A stretch of DNA of 64,000 nt from Takakia lepidozioides (lineage: Eukaryota; Plantae; Bryophyta): positions 28,892,001 through 28,956,000 of the forward strand of contig CM060731.1 of assembly GCA_030704615.1 (NCBI GenBank), given 5' to 3'. Under the pieces are notes generated by a model. The model saw only the letters and a list, made by a program, of their open reading frames with translations. It searched no databases and had not been told where the DNA came from. Positions 1 to 13,313 of this stretch are shown here, piece after piece (position 1 is the first letter of the stretch; each line of letters starts with the position of its first letter). The translations under genes were made by a program, and so were the position numbers.

Positions 1-824
1 TGGATCGTTGTATTTGGTGCCGTAGTAGCAGCGGCATGGTCCGTCGTCGACCATCCAGATCACTTCTCTTGACGTCTTTCGATCAAACGATTATCGCATG
101 CAATGACTTGGGTGATGAATTCGCTCAGTATACTCACGTTTGACATTGTCAGCAACAAATCTTTTACATCCTCTTTTAGGCCACATCGAAACTGACTAAT
201 GAGGCTCTTCTCTTTCCAGTCGAGATCGCACGCAAGTTGTCGAAATTCGGCAGCATAAACGGAAGCAGGACGTGCTCCTTGTCGAAGATTTTGCATCTTT
301 GTCTCTGCAACTCTCTCTATATCATTATCTCCAAATGTTGCAGTGAACTCGGACATGAATGCTTCAAAATTGTATAGTAAATGCAAATTTTTCTCTAATA
401 GCGGTGCAAACCAAGATAGGGCAGTGCCTGATAGAAGGGTGCCCACGAATCCCACTTGAATATCTTCATCAGGGAAGCGTTGTGGATGTAATCGTAAGAA
501 CAATCGTACTTGTTGAACAAAACCGCGAAATCTTGATCTCGTCCCATCAAATTTCTCGGGCATGCTGACCTTTGGTTCCCTTGTAATCTGTTAAAGATTT
601 GGAGGAACCGTTGCAGTAGGATTTGTTGTAATAGAGACTCGTAAGGTTGAAGATCTATTGTTCGACTCCTTCAACTCTGAAATTTGTTGTTGCAAATTGT
701 TGAGAGCGTTGCCAAGATCTTGAGACTGATCAGCTTGTAATTGGGCAGTAGAGGCACGAAGTTCTTGCATCTGGAACTGAAGACTCTACAATATGGCGAC
801 CATTTCCACAAATGTGCCTTCCAT
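1..824 (-). mobile_element. Ty3/gypsy (chromovirus, Tcn1-like) gag, pseudogenised; element continues beyond the window start
   Basis: ORF 60-563 reads PEKFDGTRSRFRGF...LSGTALSWF...LRQG...YAAEFRQLA..LDW...F..GL, a retrotransposon gag. The frame extends up to an ATG at 822-824 through in-frame TAG and TAA stops and ends in a TGA at 60-62. Confidence 0.85.
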
Positions 825-892
825 CTTAACTAACCTGCGTGGCCAAATGCATGATGTGTATACATGAATCAAGATGATGATCTTTATAACAA

Positions 893-1347
893 TGGACAAG
901 AGTACAAGATACTGGAACTTGACTTGGATACTGGAATGCTGGAAACTGGACTGGAGTACTAGATACTGGACTAGAGTACTGGAAGCTGGATTGGAGTACT
1001 AGGACTGGAAACAAGAGTAGCTTGAACTTGTGTACTAGATACTGGCTACTAAGAAGCTTCCCTAAGAAGCTTCTCCTATGGAGGTTTCTTGCTGGAGAAG
1101 TTTCCAAGATTAAACAAATGTTTCTTGATGGAGAAGCTTCCTTAAGCAAATGAGGTAGCTCGATGGAGAAGTTTCATCCAAAGGAAGCTTCTTGAGCAGT
1201 TTCCTAAGTTACTTTTGGTAATTTGGTAAACTTCCGGTAACTTGATAAGTAATGATAAATCATGATAGATCATGGTAAATTACGGTAAGTCTTGATAACT
1301 TGGTAACTTCTGATATTGGTAAGTTCCTCTGGGCTATGTCCGTGACA
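893..1347 (-). repeat. Putative 5' LTR of the gypsy element with internal short-repeat arrays
   Basis: The minus strand begins TGTCACGG at 1347. The region contains TACTGGA-like 7-mer arrays (~905-1050), GAAGCTTC motifs and GGTAA motifs. The inner boundary is uncertain and no second LTR is present in the window. Confidence 0.4.
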
Positions 1348-2169
1348 GTTACTCCAACATTGAACGCACATAACTCGGTCGCAAATCTGAATTTTATACA
1401 GCCAACCATGCACATATGTTTCCGCCGTTTTTGCAATGTTGTTCTACACATGATATATGGAGGGCTCGCCTCAAAGAGGAGAATGAGACAATGGAAAGAA
1501 TGATACACAATTGCGAGAAACGAAATGATGAACTGAATATTTTCAACTGTTAGTAAAGATATGCAGGGGTCTGTCAACAGAGCTCACTTCCATTAAAGTG
1601 TGCATTGTAAACTCAATGTAAACACGTAGGTGAAACGCATATGAACCACAATTACGAGAATATTACAAAACAACCATGCGCGAAGGAATTTACAACATCA
1701 TCAAAGGGAATCGCGTACCATGCACAACCCTAAACAATATGACAATGGTCCATTTTCAATAGAAAATTGCAAATGAAGCCTTTCAACATGAAAAATGTCT
1801 CCTAAATTGTTTGGCAGTCTGCCAATGAAACTTAAATATGAGATGCCATCAAACCTTGCTTTCATACAAGCTTGCCAAAAGGAACCTTGGTATTCTCAAC
1901 CAATCCAAAGAAAGTAACTTGAGGCGGAAACCCGGAGCTAATTGGTCTAATATTGGCGGAGAAAAAATGACAAACTACTTCTTTGTTAAACTAAACAAAT
2001 AAGGCTATCTACTGTTATTCCCACTCTCATGGACAGCACCGGGGCCTTGCACCTTCAGCCTAAGACGATAGCTAATTAGTAATGATTGCTACTACATGTT
2101 ATTCTGAGCTCTTCAAGAAGCCCTTAAAAAATCACAGACTGCTACTCATGCTCTTTTTTACTCTCCTAT

Positions 2170-2315
2170 CTCTATCTCTGCGGAAAACCTGCTTGGCCTG
2201 TCAGCCCCACTCTCAGAAGAGGAAACTGGGAACGGCCATCCAGGCCTTACCGTCTTTCTAAATCCCCTGGATCAGCCTGATGGCATCCCTGTCGAGTTTT
2301 TTAAATCATTATGGA
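2170..2315 (+). mobile_element. Degenerate L1 LINE fragment (N-terminal RT region)
   Basis: Frameshifted translation LSAPLSEEE..AIQALP..KSPG.PDGIPVEFFKSLW matches the L1 KxPGPDG-x-PxEF motif. Confidence 0.7.
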
Positions 2316-3582
2316 GGACAATTGAGAAACCACAACGTTAGCTCATTTTTGTGGGTGAGCTATTTAATGAAGGCGAAGTAATGTGAGACAGTTTGCAAGT
2401 GAGCTCACAAAAAAAAAAGCAAGCTTTCAAGCATTTACCGAAACCAAAGCATTGAAAAACGAGGAAGTCAGAAGTCATGGATATCGCCATACCTATTGCT
2501 GATAGGGGATCCACAACATGGGCTGTAGTGAGGCGTTATGAGACATAGCGATAATCAGCCAAATGTGGGGGAAGAGATGCAATCTACTAATGACTCGTCC
2601 ATGGAACAATAGAGGGTGTCATACTATTACCAAAACACCACAAGGACGAAAAAGAGTGAGAATCGAGGATGGTCATCAAATGCGAACAAAGTAGTGGATG
2701 GTGGAGGGTAGCTCGAGCTTCACTCGTAGCGGAAGAGAAATGCGAAGGTAAATTGGGTCACACCAATGAATTTCTAGCGGCCAACTTGCCGCAGCGAGAG
2801 GTGGGGCCAAGTGGGGGGAAGTGGCTAGACCTTATGAAACTCGTGATGGCCTGCTGGCCGTTTAGAAAGAGGACAAGAGGAGGTGGGGATCACCATTAGC
2901 GAACTTAGAAGAGTGGAGGGTGGATTAATCCTCCAATGGCAAATTGTTTTGACTTTTGTTACAAGAGTAGTGTACAACGCAGGGTGGGATGGATGAGAGA
3001 TGTAGGTAACGGATGTATTCAAATATCACTGAGTGGCAGGGCCCAGGCCATGTGGCAGTTAGGGCAGGGCCCGACCTGCCAACGGCCTCCATATTCCTGT
3101 TTATGTTCAATAACTATTTCAATAGCCAAGATGCCCTAGCTAGGAGCCCCGTTTAGCCACTTTACCTGCAATTAAGCCGGCCTAATAAGGCTCACGTTAA
3201 GAAAACCTCAAATAAATCTCCATTGGCGAAACTGGGGCGAAACATAATATACTGCCATTTCGAATTCAAAAATGTGGGTCCCTGCCCCTTCTCCTGCCAC
3301 TCCCCCGCTCTCTCGTCTTTCTCTCTTTCTCAGATTTCTGTGGAGCTGTTGGTCGATCGAGCGTGACAGGGGGAGGCATCGCTGATCCATAACGGTCTTG
3401 CCATGCTTGTTCAAATTTGAGCGAGGGAGGGAGGGAGGAGCGATGGCTGATGGCGTGATAGAAGGTGGTGTATTGAGGCGGGAGCTGGGGGCACAGAACT
3501 GTGTAGGAGAAGAGTAGGAGAAGGGAGAAAGAGATTACCGGCAGTGGGAGAGGGAGCGTTTGGACAAGCTGCAAGGTAGGAC

Positions 3583-6500
3583 ATGGGAGAGAACAGGAGG
3601 GTGATGTCATTGGTGGGAAGGTTTGAGAGGGAAGAGGAGCTTATAGGCGGAGGTATGGATGTATCCCTCCCTGATGTGCGCATCCCCCCAATCAAAGTTT
3701 CTACACTACCCTCGACCCCTGCCATCACACCCCCGAGAAGGAATGCAACGCTTGACCCTCGTCCTCTCTACAAAAGCCCCAGCCGTGTCGCACGAAGCAA
3801 GAGTTTGAGAAATCCCGCAGATTTGGTAGAAATGAATGATGCAGGCTACGGGGGGCCGCCTATCGACAGGCCAGTATCCCGCAGTAGAAGTAGGAGCTCG
3901 AGGGATCGAAGAGAAGATTTGACCGAGGCAGTCCAGGTTGCAGAGGAGAGGGAATTGCGCAGCAGCATTGTCGCAAGAAGGCCGAGGACAGCAGATGAAT
4001 TGGCTCCGGGGCAAGGTGTAAGGATTATTCGTAGACCTGTGAAAAGCCCCAGGGCATCCGAGGTGGAAGTGGGCGAGTTGAAAGAAGAAAGGCCGGCCCA
4101 GGATGAAAGATTTCGTAAACTGGGAAGAAGTCCGAGAACATCCAGGGTGGACACGACTGATATGCTGGTAGAAACCATGGTACCCAGGGAGCGGACGCCC
4201 CGCAGAAGCCTGAGAAGCCCCCGGGTAGAAATGGTTGGGACTGATGATGGCGACGAGGGTGTCGGGATGCAGCGGCGAGGTAGGACTCGCCAGCATAAGC
4301 GCAAAGTGCGTGATCCTCCTCGGGAACCTACTCCCGTGCTTCCCGTCAGTCATGCACCCGAATTTCTGCCGCCGGAAGAGCCTCCTCTCCAACCCATGGA
4401 ACCACTGGACTCGTCGACACAGTTTCCGACAAGATCTACAAGAGGTGACTAAGCTCATAGGAAGAGGAAGGCTTTGGAGAATTCTAGCCACTCTGATAAT
4501 TATCGTGGTTGTGCATTTACTCATCATTTGTTTGGCGAGACATAATCGAGCCCTACTGCTTACTGCTTGACATAAATGTTCTCTGAAAGAGCTTTTGTTA
4601 TGTGCATTTGGCAGAGGCAAGCACATCAGAAAGAAGTCTTGGGCCGCATGCCTTTGGTATGACTCACCACCGCAACTATCAAATGACTACTTCATTCCAG
4701 CTTTTCACCCACCTCTGAGATTTCCACGGAACTAGGTGCTGTCCCCATAGTACAAGTCGTCCCATTACACCGGTGACCACGACGAGTTGTTTGTGAATTA
4801 GATTGTTTACGAGTGCCCTTAAGAGTCCCATAGCATCCTCCTTGGCAGATCCCTCACATTATCTTGTTTCTCAGCAGTGAAACTGGAAATCCCTTTCTGA
4901 TTAGAACTGTGCATAATGGGACACCTTCAGCAACATTCCAGTCTCTAGTTATCAAACTCTTGAGTCTGGGAATAAGCAAGTGGTTGATGATGTGCAGTGG
5001 ATGTGATAATGTGGCAAGATGTGCCACGCTCGGCACTCTTATTTGGCGGTGGCTGCTTCTTCATTTTATCTGCCTCTTTCATGCAAGACATGAGCTGTGG
5101 GTAGGTATCTATTTTCCTGCTGCTTGTGTTAAATACTTATAATGAAAGAAGAGTGTCTATTGTTCTGCCAAACTATGAAAGAAGAAGAGTAATGAAAGAA
5201 AAGTGACATTGAAGAGTCATGGTGTGAGTGGTCATGAGAGAAAAAGCAAGGAACTTCTGAGGAGAGCCAGAGCTCAAGGAAGGAAACCACATGAAATCCA
5301 GTCCTGAAACCCTGGCTGTTTAATTTTGTTTTGCAAACCAGAGAGAGCTTATCGCCATCATTGGCTGATGTTTGAGCACCAGGTCAGACAAATGCAAGAT
5401 TTCCAGGATTGCATATTTTGAGATTTGTGGAATGTAAATGAACTACAGCATTGCAATAATCCTTGTTTTGGGAAGTGGCCATGGATGCAGTGTGGTCACC
5501 ATAGCTGCATATATTGCTCTGTTGTGTTTAGCAATTGCTTTCTTTCACCGGACTTTTTTACGCAGGTATGATGTTTCTTCCTTGGCCCCCTGGTCAGATC
5601 TTCTGAGTATTTTTTTGGCTACCTTCAATTGTAAGTATGGAGATATCTCGATATTTTTCCGTATATTGCTTCCTTGGCCCCCTAATACTAGCACAGAGGG
5701 TGAGAGAGTAGAGCACACTGGGAACGTTCCCCTGAAGCATGAGGGCCATCCAACTGGCAGTCACACTATGCAGGGCAGAAACAGACATGTGAAGTTTGAT
5801 TGATGTGTCCAGTTTTGCTGGACCATCATTTTCAGTTCATACTCCTAGTAGCTCTTAATGGCCATCACCATAAGAGTCCAAACTCTCTGGCTTAAAATCA
5901 GGTTTCTCTGAATACACTGTTGAGCACTATGGGATTGTTTCTTGCTTGAAGGACTGCAGTGAGCATTCCAAGCATGTGTTTGTGGCCAGAAGCTCGTCAA
6001 TTAATAGGAATCTGACTTTATTTGTAGTTTCCATAAGACACTAGATGTCAACCATGCCCATCTCCAGTGGGACATGATATTTAATCTGTTGTTGTCCGAA
6101 GACCCTTCCTGTATCAGTACCAGTACCAGTGTGAGCCACTACTTTACTGGACATTGGTATCAACTGTGGTGCAGGCCACCTATGCAGTCAAGCCTAGCCA
6201 GTCCAGAGGGCTGGCTAGTGACAGAAGGAAATGTTCTTGATTGGATTCGAGTAATTTTACCAGCTGTCAACTTAGCATTGAGAGGGTTGAGGCATGTGTT
6301 TTCAGGTGACCCTGCCACCACACTCAGGGTGAGTTTTGTCATCCCTACTCGTCACCCTCGTCACTTCATTCCTGCTTGTGAATTATGGACTGCCTTGCTT
6401 TGAAAGAAAACAGCACCCATTCATAGAGACACCTATGTCTGTGAAGAACTGTTGCAATGCCGATGTACAGCCACCCTCCAGTGGGAAACCGCCTACCTAT

Positions 6501-8934
6501 TCTCAGCTATAACATGGTTAAGGGATTCTTTATTTTCAATTGTTTGTTGTTTCAACCTGTGCTGTCAAAAGCAAAAATAGTATCATATCAGTTGACTCAT
6601 TTCTAAACCTCTTGTCATTCTAAATTCAGTACTTTGATTAAGTGTAAATAGATGATAGCTGCTTGTGGTAATGTCAGGTGGCAGCAGTGCTGTGGTTGGT
6701 GGCAAGAGTGGGATACACATTTTCACTTTGGAGTTTCATGCGTTTCGGTGTGTCCAGAACCTATCCTTTTATCTTGTTGTCTCCTAGCCTGCAGTTGATG
6801 GCTAGAAGGCAGGTTAGACTCGTGACAAGATATCTACGCAGTTCCCTGTCACACTTTTTCACGAGAGGACGGAAAATCTGTTACATATAATACCACTGTG
6901 AGAGTGTGCGGAAATCCTGTTGTGAAATGGGGGTTCCCCCTAGTGACAGCTCTTGTTCTGTCTCGTATGTCACTCAATTCATACCACCCAAAAAAGATGC
7001 CCATTTTACTGTGTGGTTTGCAGAAACAGTCATTTTCTTGCTGTCTTATAGTGAACCCAACAATTTGTGGCTCTCGATTGGAGTTCTTTATCGTGAAGTG
7101 TTGCAGGGTTTTTTGCGCTCTTTACTCTTCCAAAGTTCTCTGCTCTATACTCCAATCAACTGTGTGCGCATGGTGAGTCTTTCTTTCGCAGCTCTCATTG
7201 TTCCCCCATCCCATTCCTATTTTAGTTGTCCCTACGAGGCCTGTGAAATGCTCTCCAATCCAAGTGGTAAGTTTCTACAACATAACTTCAATAAGAAGAG
7301 TGGTCGTGGCAGTGGGAAAGCTAGGTGTGTCCAATCAGAAGGGAGGCCTTTCACTCTGAGGTGATCCTGTGGCCATAACATTTAAGCTATGAGACCCCCC
7401 ACCTTCCTAGTGATTTTGAAAACCTCCACATTGGAATGGCGACTGCTGCAGAATCGCCACGTCAGCTGATGCCACTCAATAGTTTTCTGCTTAGTTTTGA
7501 CTGTAAATTTACTTTTCTCAAGGTAGAGACGTTGACAGTAGTGCAATCCGTTTGAAGGGACTAGACCTAGGAGTGTGCCTACCTTCAATCTTTCTGTGTA
7601 GAGGAGACAATTAAATAACAGCATGTGTAATGGTCAGGTCACATCCCTGTTGGTGGGTTGCCTCTGAGCTTGGCTCCAGTTATATAAGGGCTTGCTCCTA
7701 TTTGCCCACCAGCTGGTCTATATGTAGCAGACATTGTAGCCTTTCAGCAATAGCTCTGCTCAGCCTTCAAGAGTAACAGAGTACATTTCAAGATATGAAT
7801 GGAGATGTGTTCTGACGTAGGAAAGTTCCGTCAGTTTGAAGCAATAGCAAGTTGCTCTAGTGACCAGCCAATTGGAGGCTTTCTGACGTGCGCAAGCTTT
7901 AAGCAATGCAGGGAAAGCTGTTCTCGTTCGAGCATGGGTGACATGGAGCGCATGCTCTCACAAGAAAGCATTGCTGTCCACCATCTTCCTCTTGGCTTGG
8001 AATCTCTCATCGTTTCCTGCTCGCCTTTGTGGTGGTAAGTTCAATGCATTATCTGATTGCACTTTCATGCTTATCAAGGACCAAATTTTATTATTATGAG
8101 TTGATAGAGTGACCCATTCAATCTGGAGAGAGCCCCCTACGCGTCTTTAGACGTCAAGCAGCTAACCTGACCATCTAGCCTGAACCTCAGTGGATTCAGA
8201 TCGTCCTTGCAACTTGCCAGCAAGAATATGGTTTTGGCAAGCTCATTCTAGCTCCTAAAACGCAAACCAAATGTACACTTGACTCTGCATAATTGAAGAG
8301 TTGTGTCTCTTTGGAGTAATCTGATATATTATCTTGGATATTGAACTAGTTGCAATTACTTAGTGCCCAATAGGTCTCCATCGCTCTGTTTTGCTATTCA
8401 GATCTCTGTTAGTGGCTAGTTGCTTGCAAGAGTCGGCCTCACAATAGCTTGCATTTTACATCTACTCTCTGATATCCTTCCTCCCCCTCTCCCATGCAAG
8501 TGTGGATTCTGGCAATCACTTCTTTGCCTTGCTTTGCTGCAGTGTTTATGATCATAGTGGGGCTCAGGCTGTACCAGCAGACCCACAGTTCAATCTTTGA
8601 AAGTCTCCCTGCTGCCAATAACGGCAGCAGTGCGATCGATCGCATCGACCGCCGCAAGGTTTTGCAGCATTATGCCAAGGACACAGGTATGATTTTATCC
8701 TGTCTCTCACTTGCAATCAAAGCTTGTGACTCCTTGGTACTTAATGTCAATGTTTAGAAGGATTCCTGGAAAGATGAGTTGTGTTTGGTGTTAGATATTG
8801 TGTTGGTGTCAGCATCCCACTCTTAGGCTATACTTAGTGCCTGTCCATGGATTGGACATACAGGAAGCGCAAGCGTCTCTAATGATGGAAGTGGACCAAG
8901 TCCAAAAGTCCCCAAGAAAGAAGCTCCGGCATAA
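3583..8934 (+). CDS. Reticulon-like protein, RTNLB17/18/21 type (9 exons)
   Basis: GT-AG exons at 3583-~4444, 4998-5100 (VDVIMWQDVPRSALLFGGG), 5491-5565, 6175-6328 (ILPAVNLALRGLRHVFSGDPATTLR), 6678-6747, 7107-7172 (FFALFTLPKFSALYSNQL), 7912-8034 (WSACSHKKALL..WNLSS..AR), 8543-8686 (FMIIVGLRLYQQ) and 8864-8934 (stop TAA). Intron phases are consistent. Confidence 0.88.
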
Positions 8935-10655
8935 TCTTTTTACTAGGCATGATGTGGAGGCAAGGCACTGCAATTCTGTCAAGTTATGGAGTGTTGAAGT
9001 GAAACAAATCCCACTTTTCCATGTGCTCAAACTTTTTCCACTGTGAAAAATGCTCTGGATCTTGTAGAATCTAGACCCATGTACATTTACTGGATTCAAG
9101 ACTAGAAAAAGCCCTTCAGCTCTTAATATATAGCTTTTCCTGTACAACTTGCTTTTATTTATGCATTCTGTGAGTATCTTGTGTGGGTCCATCTCAAGAT
9201 AGTTGTACCTTCTATAAATACTGATGAATGGTCCTACTGGTCACAGTTGCAGAGAAGAAAATGAGAGTAGAGAGACTGATCAATGGCTGTGCCTCCACCT
9301 ACAGGTAGAAATGGTGTGAATTACAAGGGGTAAGGACAAGAGCTCTTAATTATGCAAGGGCGCCAAGAAAGGGTCCAGATAATAGGGAGCTGGCCCCCTA
9401 CTTTTTCTTTTGACATTCCGCCGTAGGCAAAGCTCCTGGATGCTTCAAGGAAGCTTAATTACTTTTGCCATTCAAGCATTGGCACATTGCCAACACCATG
9501 GTTTTCCTTGTGTAAAATTCAGGGTTTGAGGAAACCATGAATTTGATGATGTAAGGACGGAGATGTGTAGTCTCTCTCATCCCCTTGTTGATGTTTGTTT
9601 GGAGGGTGGATACTGAAAGATGTATATGACTCTCAAGGGCATTTTGTTTTTAAGATTGGATCTCGTTTGGCCTGGTTAGCCTCACATATTCACATGGTGT
9701 CTTGTCAGATTGATTGTGAAGTGAGGTTGAATTAGGCTAGAGTAGAAGTGGAGCGAAAGTGACCTCAAGTAGTATCTACTTTATACCTCATGCCCACAGT
9801 AGCCTCCTATCCTTCCATATGTAGCTGTCCACATTTGCTAGATGGGCTGGAAATTTCGCCACCATTAGTTCCACCTTATTACATTACCATTGCCCCTTGG
9901 GGCCGTGGTAGTTGAGCAGCTATGGTTTCTGCTGCTCCTTTTTTAGACTTTTGTCTCTCCCTGGCTCATCGGAGGGTCTTCCTCTGTTGTGGCAGGGTCT
10001 CTTACTTCAGCTGTCTAGCCGCTCTGCGACTCTGCGGGTCTCCTCGCCCTCGGCCTGAGCATGCTTAGGCCTTGTCTGTGCTCCTTCTCTGCCAATGACT
10101 TGGTTACTGGAGGCCCTCCTGGGGTACAATTGTTTACGTTTGAGTCCATTTGACTCTTGTAGTTGGCCCCTCGCCTGCAAAAGCCTTCTTCATGAGGTTA
10201 TTTTTTCTCCTCTTTTCTTTCTCCAAAACATAAAATATAAATATAAATAATGTTGCCCAATTGTAATGTTCCTTCAGCTTGGGCCCTGCGGTACATTCTT
10301 GTGTGGTTAAACATAAAATAATGTGCTCTTTTGTTCCCATTTTGCACATGCCAAGGTGGGCACTTGAAAACAGTGGAATGTGTGGTCGGAATGTCAGTCT
10401 AAATAAGTGGAACAGTGTCCCCTGTGAACTTTTGTGGCTTGGAAGGGGAAAAGAAAGTGTGAATGCTACATCCAAGCCCTGGTCGCTCTTAACATTCTTC
10501 CTCTTTTCGCTTTTTGGATGGGACACTCGGGGTCACACGGAAGGTAGTTGAGGAAACAGAAAGAGTGAAGGAAATTTGTCGAGAATCCAAATCCACATAG
10601 GATTGTGCTCATCCATAGGCCTGGTCCCCTTGGAGGAAGTTGTGAAGGTATTGAC

Positions 10656-11465
10656 CAGTGTTGGGCGGTTACCTGCCGGGACCCAGGTTAACCGCCGGTT
10701 CAGGTTCAGGTTAACCGGAACCTGGCCCATTCCTACAGAACCTGACTCGGAACCGGAACGTGCCAATGGGGATTGGCGCAGAACCGAACCGGCGGTTCCT
10801 GCTGGGTGTGAGAACCGGAGAACCGGGGCGCAGGGGGATAAAAAGAGGTTCCCGTTCTTGACCCCTTTGGTGGGACTGGTGGGCCCAGGGCAAAACTTAT
10901 TTAATGCTCTCAAGCTCATGAGATCCTGGGTTCAATGCTTGAAGGCCATGAGATTCTATGTTCAATGCTTCAGCGCCATGAGATCTTGGGTTCAATCTCC
11001 AGCTCCATGATAACCTGGCTAAGTTCATTAATAAAATGTTTGAAGATGCCAATACTTGCCAGGTAGCTGAATAGTACTTTCAACCCATAAAATTTTACCC
11101 ATTTTCTTCTACCAGTTTATTTAGAGTATTTTTATTTGTTTTTTTGTGTTAGTGAAAACTAACAAAATCGTTCGATTTTAGTTCAAATATGTGAATACAC
11201 TGCTATTTAATCTACCGGACTGATAAAATATTTTAAATCTAATTAAATTAAACAAATATATTTTTAAAATAGAACCGGAACCTAACCGGAACCGATGGTT
11301 TTTATCAGCAACTAACCGGTAACCGGAACCGCCCCCATGTTTAAAAGTTGGATCCGGAACCGGACCGGAACTGGCTCAATGAAAGAAAACCGGAACCGTC
11401 TCTTGAAATAATTGTGGAACCGGAACCGAAGGTTCCTTCACAAATGCAAGAACCGCCCAACACTG
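10656..11465. mobile_element. Non-autonomous hAT element (MITE)
   Basis: TIRs CAGTGTTGGGCGGTT / AACCGCCCAACACTG. Perfect 8-bp TSD GTATTGAC at 10648-10655 and 11466-11473. Many AACCGG subterminal motifs. Confidence 0.93.
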
Positions 11466-13313
11466 GTATTGACGTACTGGCGGCCCTACCCACCACCATT
11501 TGGTGACAGTGGGTCCAAAGACAACCCTGCTCATTGCGCTTATGCAACAATAAACAATGATGGTGATTATCATAGTTGCGAAAACCATGACTGAGAAAAC
11601 TCAACAACAAGGCATCTTCATCACCTAGCCCTGCAATGATGGGCCCAAGAAGGATCAAAACACCAATGAATGAATGTAGAGGGAAGATTGGGATCAGATG
11701 GGTCATGAGTGAAGATCACTAACAAAGTTTTGCCCCATTTGGAATCAATAGACCACTGACTACCTGTAAAGCTCCAAACATGTAGCCCAAAAGCCCACCC
11801 TCTCGGTACTACTAGTAGCAATTCTCTGACAACTCTCTGCTCAGGGAGTCAGGCCAGAGGTTAATTATAGACCACCTGGTTGAAGAGCGCTGTAAAGTTA
11901 CCCACAAAAAGTGTAGGACGGTACCAGGGACTCTCATGATTCACCTAGTAGTACCCACTTCTATCATCTATGCCTTCGAGCTTGAGGAAAAAAGGCTTTA
12001 ATACAGAAGGAACTGCAGGCCATCAATTCTGTGTACTGCCTTCACGATGCAGCGTATTCCAAAACAGTTGGAAGACGGTTTGATCACCAATAGCTTACCT
12101 TGCTCCAACCCCAGTGATGAGCTTCAAGTCTCAACGTCTCAACCCTCTCCAGAGAGGGGCCCTCAATGTCACTTCAAAGCCCTCACCTTCTGTCAGTCGC
12201 CCTGCCATACTTCAATTGCACGGAGCAAGTGTCGGATTCTCTCCAGTGGGAGAGAGTGAAGCCTGAAGGGCAGTAATACTAAGTTAAGTAGAGAGCTCCG
12301 GACAAGGATACCCTCGTGAGTTGCATCTGACAAGAGGATCACAATGAGGCCATCGATCCCCCACCCCCTCTCCTCTCCTATGCTCTTTGCATTCATTCAT
12401 TCATCTCTCTTCATTCGTGCCCTGCAGGACTCTTGCAGCTGACACCAGTTCAGCTTCCGGAAATAGATGCGGATGGATGAAAACTCCGTCATCCGACGGT
12501 TCCATATAATTGCGTCCGACAAAAGGCCAGCGTACCCGGGCTTAATTACGGGTCCCGTTAACGAACCCCGGCAGCGCAGCCACCGCGGACAACCGCAGAA
12601 CCGGGGAACCGGACCGCAGTGCCTGTCAGTCAGTCACTGTCGGAGATGTTACTTTCCGTCTTTTTTCATCCACCGGCTACCGCCGATCGCGGAAGAGTAG
12701 GGGGGGCCCGTAGGCGCGGGACGTATGGTCTTACGGACGCATATACACCGTATTTGTATTCGGTACGCCTTTAATTGTGATTACCGGATGCGGCCTGTAT
12801 TTTAAAAATTCGAAAATGGGTGGACCCACATTCTGATGAGCAAGCTAAGTCGTGGGCCTGTTATGCTCCCATCACCGCCGACATCATTGGGTTTTTTTTT
12901 GTTTTTTGTTTTTTTTGTTTTTTTTTGGTTTTCATTGGGTTCCAAGTTGAGTCCCCTTTGTCAGCGCCACATTTTAGATTCTAGTAATTTGCTAGTCCTA
13001 TCACTTTTTTCTATTTAAAAACAATAAAATAACACAGGGGATAGAGGCAGAGTTTTTTTTTAAATTCGGAAAATAGCACGAGTGGCTACAGAGTTTTGCA
13101 AAAATTAGGCATATATTCTGTTCATCCATTCAAATTAAGACAGAATCATCCACATCCATACTTTCATCCATTCATATCATCCATATTTGGCAAATTCATC
13201 CACAATTTTTTTTTTGGGAGAAATTTGGCGATTTCATCCATGAAAAAACATGGAATTTGCTACGGAATATTCTTTTCTATTTTTTGAGTTCGCCATTTGG
13301 TAGGCCCTGATGG

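Noticed and set aside
3706-4626. 306-aa and 152-aa minus-strand ORFs
   Set aside because: Antisense shadows of the GC-rich first exon of the reticulon gene, with no recognisable motifs.
10533-11010. 128-144-aa ORFs on both strands
   Set aside because: They overlap the hAT MITE and arise from AACCGG subterminal repeats.
12700-13310. Possible additional MITE (CAGGGCCTACCAAATGGCG-like end, CATCCA-rich interior similar to 53870-54060)
   Set aside because: No matching second TIR or TSD could be established.
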